DNA of 32,000 nucleotides from Xanthomonas campestris pv. campestris str. ATCC 33913 (GTDB lineage Bacteria; Pseudomonadota; Gammaproteobacteria; Xanthomonadales; Xanthomonadaceae): NCBI RefSeq assembly GCF_000007145.1, contig NC_003902.1, positions 1,237,436 to 1,269,435 of the forward strand, read 5' to 3'. Shown piece by piece: positions 27,886 to 32,000 of this stretch (position 1 is its first letter; each line of letters starts with the position of its first letter). The notes under the pieces were generated by a model. It saw only the letters and a program-made list of their open reading frames with translations, ran no database searches and was not told where the DNA came from. The position numbers and the translations under genes were made by a program.

Positions 27886-30171
27886 TCACTCTAGCAGTTC
27901 AAATCTCGCAGAAACGCCTGCAGCTTCGGCCGATGGCGCCACCCACACATCGAACACGCCGGGCTCCACGGTTGGCTGCAATGCCTGGCCGATAAACAAC
28001 AGGTCCTCACGGCGCAGCACGAACTCCACCGCCACGCTGCCGCCTGCCGGCACTGCAAGCTTGCGAAAATCCTTCAGCTCGCGCACCGGGCGGGTGACGC
28101 TGGCGCTGCGGTCGCGGATGTAGAGCTGCGCCACTTCTTCCGCATCGCGCGTGCCGCGGTTGTGGATGCGCGCGCTGATGCGCAGGCTGCCGGTCGCCGT
28201 CATCCGCGTATCGCTCAAGCGCAGCTCGCCGTATTCGATGCGGCCATAGGTCAACCCGTGGCCGAAGGGGAACAGTGCGGTGTTGGGCACCGTTCGGTAG
28301 TGCGTTTTATACGGCTCCAGCACATCCGGCTGCGGATTGGGGCGGCCGCTGGAGGTGTGTGCGTAGAAGTAGGGCACCTGGCCTGCCGCGTGCGGAAAAC
28401 TCACCGGCAAGCGGCCCGATGGCGCACGCGTGCCAAACAGGATGTCGGCTACCGCAGCGCTCGCCTCCGAACCCAGGAACCAGCTGACCAGGATCGACGC
28501 GCATGCGAGCACCGGCCCCTCCAGCGCGAGTGCACGGCCGGTGCTCAGCAGCACCACGACCGGCGTGCCGGTGGCGATCACGGCCGCCAGCAATTGCTGC
28601 TGTACCTCGGGAATGCTGATCTCGGTGCGCGACTGCGCCTCGCCCGAGTAGCTCAAGGGTTCACCGATTGCCAGCAGCGCCACATCGGCATTGCCAGCGG
28701 CTGCCACTGCCGCCTGCACCCCGCCCGGCAGCGTTTGATCGAAGCCGCAACCGTCCTCCACGCGCAGTGCAGTGGGGTCGTCCAGCGCGCCCGACAGTGC
28801 AGCGGCCAGCGTGTTGCGGTTGTCCTCTTCATCGAACAGGCTCCACGGCCCGGCGTGATTGAGCCAATCGCGCGCCATTGGCCCGATCAACGCAATGCGC
28901 TGGCCGCTGCGTCGCAATGGCAACAGCTCGCCGTCGTTCTTCAGCAACACCACCGATTTGCATGCGGCTTCGCGCGCCAGTGCCAGGGTCTCGGCGCGGC
29001 GCTGACGCGACTGCGCGAGCCTGGGCCGGATGCGCCGGAACGGATCGTCGAACAGCCCCAACGCCGCCTTGAACGTCAGCACGCGGCGCACCGAGGCATC
29101 CAGCCGTGCCATCGGCACCTCGCCTGCGGCAAAAAGGGCAGGCAGGTAGCGCAGATACAGGCCGCTTTCCATGCTGATGTCCACCCCGGCCATGAAGGCC
29201 AGCCTGGCCGCCTCGCGGTCGTCGGCTGCAACGCCGTGCGCAACCAGTTCCTGGTCGGCGCTGAAGTCGGACACGACCAAGCCTGGGTAGTTCCACTCCT
29301 GCCGCAGCACGCCATCCAGCAACCACACGTTGGCCGTTGCCGGAATGCCCGACAGTTCGTTGAATGCCGCCATGGTCGTGACCGCACCGGCAGCGAAGGC
29401 GGCCTGAAACGGCGGGAAATAGACCTCGCGCAGCGTCCGCTCGGAGACATCTACACGGTTGTAATCCAGCCCTCCTTCGGCCGCGCCGTAGGCGGCGAAA
29501 TGCTTGGGACAGGCTGCCATCGCATCGGGATTTGCCAATCCTGCATCGCCCTGGAAGCCGCGCACCCGCGCCTGTGCGAACAGCCGCGCCAGCAGCACGT
29601 CTTCGCCAGCGCCCTCGACGCCACGGCCCCAGCGTGCATCGCGGGCGATGTCCACCATCGGCGCGAAGGTCCAGTCCAGACCCACCGCACTGGCCTCCAT
29701 GGCCGCTGCGCGCGCCGTGCGCCGTGCCAGGTCTGGCTCGAAGCTGGCCGCTTCGGCCAATGGCACGGGGAAGACGGTGGTATAGCCATGGATCACATCG
29801 GCGGCGAACAGCAACGGAATGCGCAGCCGGCTTTGCAGCGCTGCCTTCTGCAGTTGCTGGTGCCAGCGCACGTTGGAGCCATTGAAGACCCCGGTCAGCC
29901 GCCCGGCCCGGGCCGCAGCCAGCTGATCGTCCCCATCGGCAGAGCGTGCAAGCGGGTTGGCGACGATCGCCTTGCCATCCTGCTGCGCCGAGCTGAACAG
30001 GCTGAGCTGGCCAGCTTTTTCTTCCACGCTCATGCGCGCGATCAGTGCGTCGATGAAAGCAGGCGTGCGCACCGCCCCGGACGGCAGCGCCCAGCCGGTG
30101 GGAATGCGCGCGAGCAGGCCTAGCGCGGCGGCGCCACCCAGCAGCTGGCGCCGCGTCGTGCGTGGAGACAT
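27886..30171 (-). CDS. bglX: Periplasmic/secreted glycoside hydrolase family 3 beta-glucosidase (761 aa) with Tat-type signal
   Basis: MSPRTTRRQLLGGAAALGLLA twin-arginine signal. Also MSVEEKAGQL, the GFQGLVVSDF-like region (PGLVVSDFSADQ), and the C-terminal fibronectin-like domain typical of BglX-type GH3. Confidence 0.9.
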   Translation of the reverse strand: MSPRTTRRQLLGGAAALGLLARIPTGWALPSGAVRTPAFIDALIARMSVEEKAGQLSLFSSAQQDGKAIVANPLARSADGDDQLAAARAGRLTGVFNGSNVRWHQQLQKAALQSRLRIPLLFAADVIHGYTTVFPVPLAEAASFEPDLARRTARAAAMEASAVGLDWTFAPMVDIARDARWGRGVEGAGEDVLLARLFAQARVRGFQGDAGLANPDAMAACPKHFAAYGAAEGGLDYNRVDVSERTLREVYFPPFQAAFAAGAVTTMAAFNELSGIPATANVWLLDGVLRQEWNYPGLVVSDFSADQELVAHGVAADDREAARLAFMAGVDISMESGLYLRYLPALFAAGEVPMARLDASVRRVLTFKAALGLFDDPFRRIRPRLAQSRQRRAETLALAREAACKSVVLLKNDGELLPLRRSGQRIALIGPMARDWLNHAGPWSLFDEEDNRNTLAAALSGALDDPTALRVEDGCGFDQTLPGGVQAAVAAAGNADVALLAIGEPLSYSGEAQSRTEISIPEVQQQLLAAVIATGTPVVVLLSTGRALALEGPVLACASILVSWFLGSEASAAVADILFGTRAPSGRLPVSFPHAAGQVPYFYAHTSSGRPNPQPDVLEPYKTHYRTVPNTALFPFGHGLTYGRIEYGELRLSDTRMTATGSLRISARIHNRGTRDAEEVAQLYIRDRSASVTRPVRELKDFRKLAVPAGGSVAVEFVLRREDLLFIGQALQPTVEPGVFDVWVAPSAEAAGVSARFELLE

Positions 30172-30361
30172 GTGAGGATTCTTGGGTGGAGTGTGTGTGC
30201 ACGCTACAGGATGGGCGACCCCGGTAACCAGACTGCTTTCGCTTTCCGCGCGGTGACAACGCAGAGGCCTGCAGATCGATCACGAACCGGTCATGCACGT
30301 CGGTGTCGTGCACGCGCGCTGGATGGACGTGCGGTAGCGCAATACGCCTAGATGTCTACCA

Positions 30362-30400
30362 GTGACGAAAATGAAACGGACCCAGTGCATTCGATGCACT
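30362..30400 (-). terminator. Possible intrinsic terminator downstream of the molybdopterin-subunit gene
   Basis: Perfect 8-bp stem CAGTGCAT-tcg-ATGCACTG (30382-30400). On the minus strand it is followed by GGTCCGTTTCATTTTCG. It lies 66 nt after the stop at 30467. Confidence 0.35.
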
Positions 30401-30466
30401 GAGCCCTGTCGTACCCCATCAATTGTCGGTTGCGTTGTGCATTGCAGGCACATCGCCCCGCGTTCG

Positions 30467-32000
30467 TCAGTCCGCCATCACCTTGTCTGGCGTCATCGGG
30501 GTACTGCGGATGCGCTTGCCGGTGGCATGGAAGATCGCATTGCAGATCGCTGCCGAGACACCGATCAGGCCGATTTCGCCAACGCCTTTTGCGCCCAGGC
30601 TGCTGACGATGCGGTCGTCCTCGTCGGCGAAGGTCACATCGATGTCGTGGATGTCGGCATTGGCCGAGACGTGGTACATCGCAAAATCGTGATTCATGAA
30701 GCGGCCGAAGCGGTGATCGGACTGGGTGTGCTCGTGCAGCGCCTGGCCGATGCCCCAGACCACGCCGCCCACAATCTGGCTGCGCGCAGTGATCGGGTTG
30801 AGGATGCGACCGGCCGCAATCGCACTGACCACGCGGGTTACCCGCACCGTGCCCAGCTCTTCGTCAACGCGCACTTCCACGAACACCGCGCCATGGGTGG
30901 CACGGGTGTAGTTGCGCTGCTTGAACACATTGGGCAACAGCAGGAACTTGTCTTCGATCTGTTCCAGCTGAGCGGCACGCAACAGCTCGGGCAAGGCGAT
31001 GGTGGTGCCGGCATCGGCGCGCAATGCCAGCGTGCCATCGGCGAAGACCACCTCGTCCAGCTTGGCCTTGGTAAAGCGCGAATTCGGTAACGCCTGGGCC
31101 AGCCGCAGCAGCCGTGCGCGCAGTTTCCCGCATGCACCATCCACCGCCGAACCTACCGTGGTCACATGCGACGAGCCGCCTTCGATCGGTGCGACCGGCA
31201 AGGTGGAATCGCCCAACTGAAAGGTGACCTGCTCCATCGGCAGGCCCAGCGCTTCGGCGGCAATCATCGCCATCACCGTGTAGGTGCCGGTGCCGATATC
31301 GCTGGCGGCGCTGCTCACCACCAGACGCCCGTCGGCATGCAGCACCGCGTGGGCACGCGCAAACATCTGCATCGCATCCCATTGCCCGGTGGCCATGCCC
31401 CAGCCAACCCATTCGCGCCCCTCCTTGCGCGCGCGCGGCTGCAGCGGCCGCTGTGCCCAGCCGAAGCGCTCTGCGCCTTGCTGGTAACACTCGCGCAACG
31501 CCTTGCTGGAATAGGGCTTGTCGTCGGCGGGATTGACCTCGGCATAATTCTTCAAGCGCAAGGCAAGCGGATCCATGCCGATCTCGTAGGACAGCTCGTC
31601 CATCGCCACTTCCAGCGCATGCACGCCGTGCGCAGCGCCGGGCGCGCGCATATCGATGGGGGTGTACTGATCCAGGCTCACCAGGTTGTAGCCCAGGTGC
31701 ACGTTGTCGCAGGCGTACAGCTGGCCGCTCCAGTTAACCACCACCTCCACGTAATCCTCGATGCGCGACGTTTCGGCGATGGCTTCATGCCAGATCGCGC
31801 GCAGCGTGCCGTCGCGATCGGCACCGAGCTTGAGCCGTTGCACCGTTTCCGGGCGGTGGCCGAAGGTGAACATCTGTTGCCGCGTCAGCACCACACGCAC
31901 CGAGCGATCCAGCAGGATCGAGGCCATCACCGCCAGCGCCAACTGGTATTGCGGGCGCAGGCCGGAACCGAACGCACCGCCCACGTACGGGTTGCGCACG
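30467..32000 (-). CDS. Xanthine dehydrogenase/aldehyde oxidase family molybdopterin-binding subunit, C-terminal ~510 aa; 5' end lies beyond the right edge
   Basis: The ORF is open to the window edge. It shows typical family blocks: GGAFGSG, GQWDAM, DIGTGTYT, EGGSSH, VEVRVDEELGTVRV, and the NP..A..Q..GG..WGIG region. Confidence 0.85.
   Translation of the reverse strand, partial: VRNPYVGGAFGSGLRPQYQLALAVMASILLDRSVRVVLTRQQMFTFGHRPETVQRLKLGADRDGTLRAIWHEAIAETSRIEDYVEVVVNWSGQLYACDNVHLGYNLVSLDQYTPIDMRAPGAAHGVHALEVAMDELSYEIGMDPLALRLKNYAEVNPADDKPYSSKALRECYQQGAERFGWAQRPLQPRARKEGREWVGWGMATGQWDAMQMFARAHAVLHADGRLVVSSAASDIGTGTYTVMAMIAAEALGLPMEQVTFQLGDSTLPVAPIEGGSSHVTTVGSAVDGACGKLRARLLRLAQALPNSRFTKAKLDEVVFADGTLALRADAGTTIALPELLRAAQLEQIEDKFLLLPNVFKQRNYTRATHGAVFVEVRVDEELGTVRVTRVVSAIAAGRILNPITARSQIVGGVVWGIGQALHEHTQSDHRFGRFMNHDFAMYHVSANADIHDIDVTFADEDDRIVSSLGAKGVGEIGLIGVSAAICNAIFHATGKRIRSTPMTPDKVMAD

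Noticed and set aside
27442-27995. Plus-strand ORFs 27442-27843 and 27594-27995 as candidate AvrF/DspF-like chaperones
   Set aside because: The products are highly basic, Arg/Cys-rich and low-complexity, and one overlaps the effector 3' end. T3 chaperones are small acidic proteins.
28162-30123. 653-aa plus-strand ORF, and the 494-aa minus ORF at 28829-30313 in another frame
   Set aside because: Both overlap the GH3 gene, whose Tat signal and family motifs define the true frame. The translations are Arg/Gly/Pro-rich nonsense.

Overview
High-GC, Xanthomonas-like chromosomal window; gene order and effector content best fit X. campestris, from memory and unverified. Two type III effector loci with PIP (HrpX) boxes bracket about 20 kb of ordinary genes with strongly G/C-ending codons. 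On the left is the 5' part of xopQ (minus strand, 1-550; PIP box 626-650). On the right is a 2049-aa AvrE/DspE/HopR-superfamily effector that looks like XopAM (21351-27500). Its perfect PIP promoter, TTCGC-N15-TTCGC-N30-TAAGGT (20832-20892), lies unusually far upstream, about 460 nt. The genes between are: an orphan 249-aa ORF, a TetR regulator, a histidine phosphatase plus NAD(P)HX dehydratase operon, a secreted GH30, a YghA-like SDR coupled to a GH15, a DUF429 protein, a GH92 mannosidase, a membrane-anchored SDR, an AlkB-like dioxygenase, a cNMP-binding thioredoxin-reductase fusion coupled to a zf-UBP protein, a stand-alone EAL protein, a SpoT-type HD hydrolase and a class II UvrA paralogue. 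Right of the effector are a Tat-signal GH3 beta-glucosidase and the 3' part of a xanthine-dehydrogenase-family molybdopterin subunit. I saw no rRNA, tRNA, CRISPR or IS element. Most worth a second look: the effector cassette (long leader with an unannotated ORF preceded by a Shine-Dalgarno (SD) motif, AT-richer junctions, no AvrF/DspF-like chaperone); the orphan ORF beside xopQ with twin palindromes upstream; and the redox/second-messenger gene cluster. Many long antisense ORFs in the track are high-GC artefacts. All homology calls rest on motif recognition and recall, not on searches.
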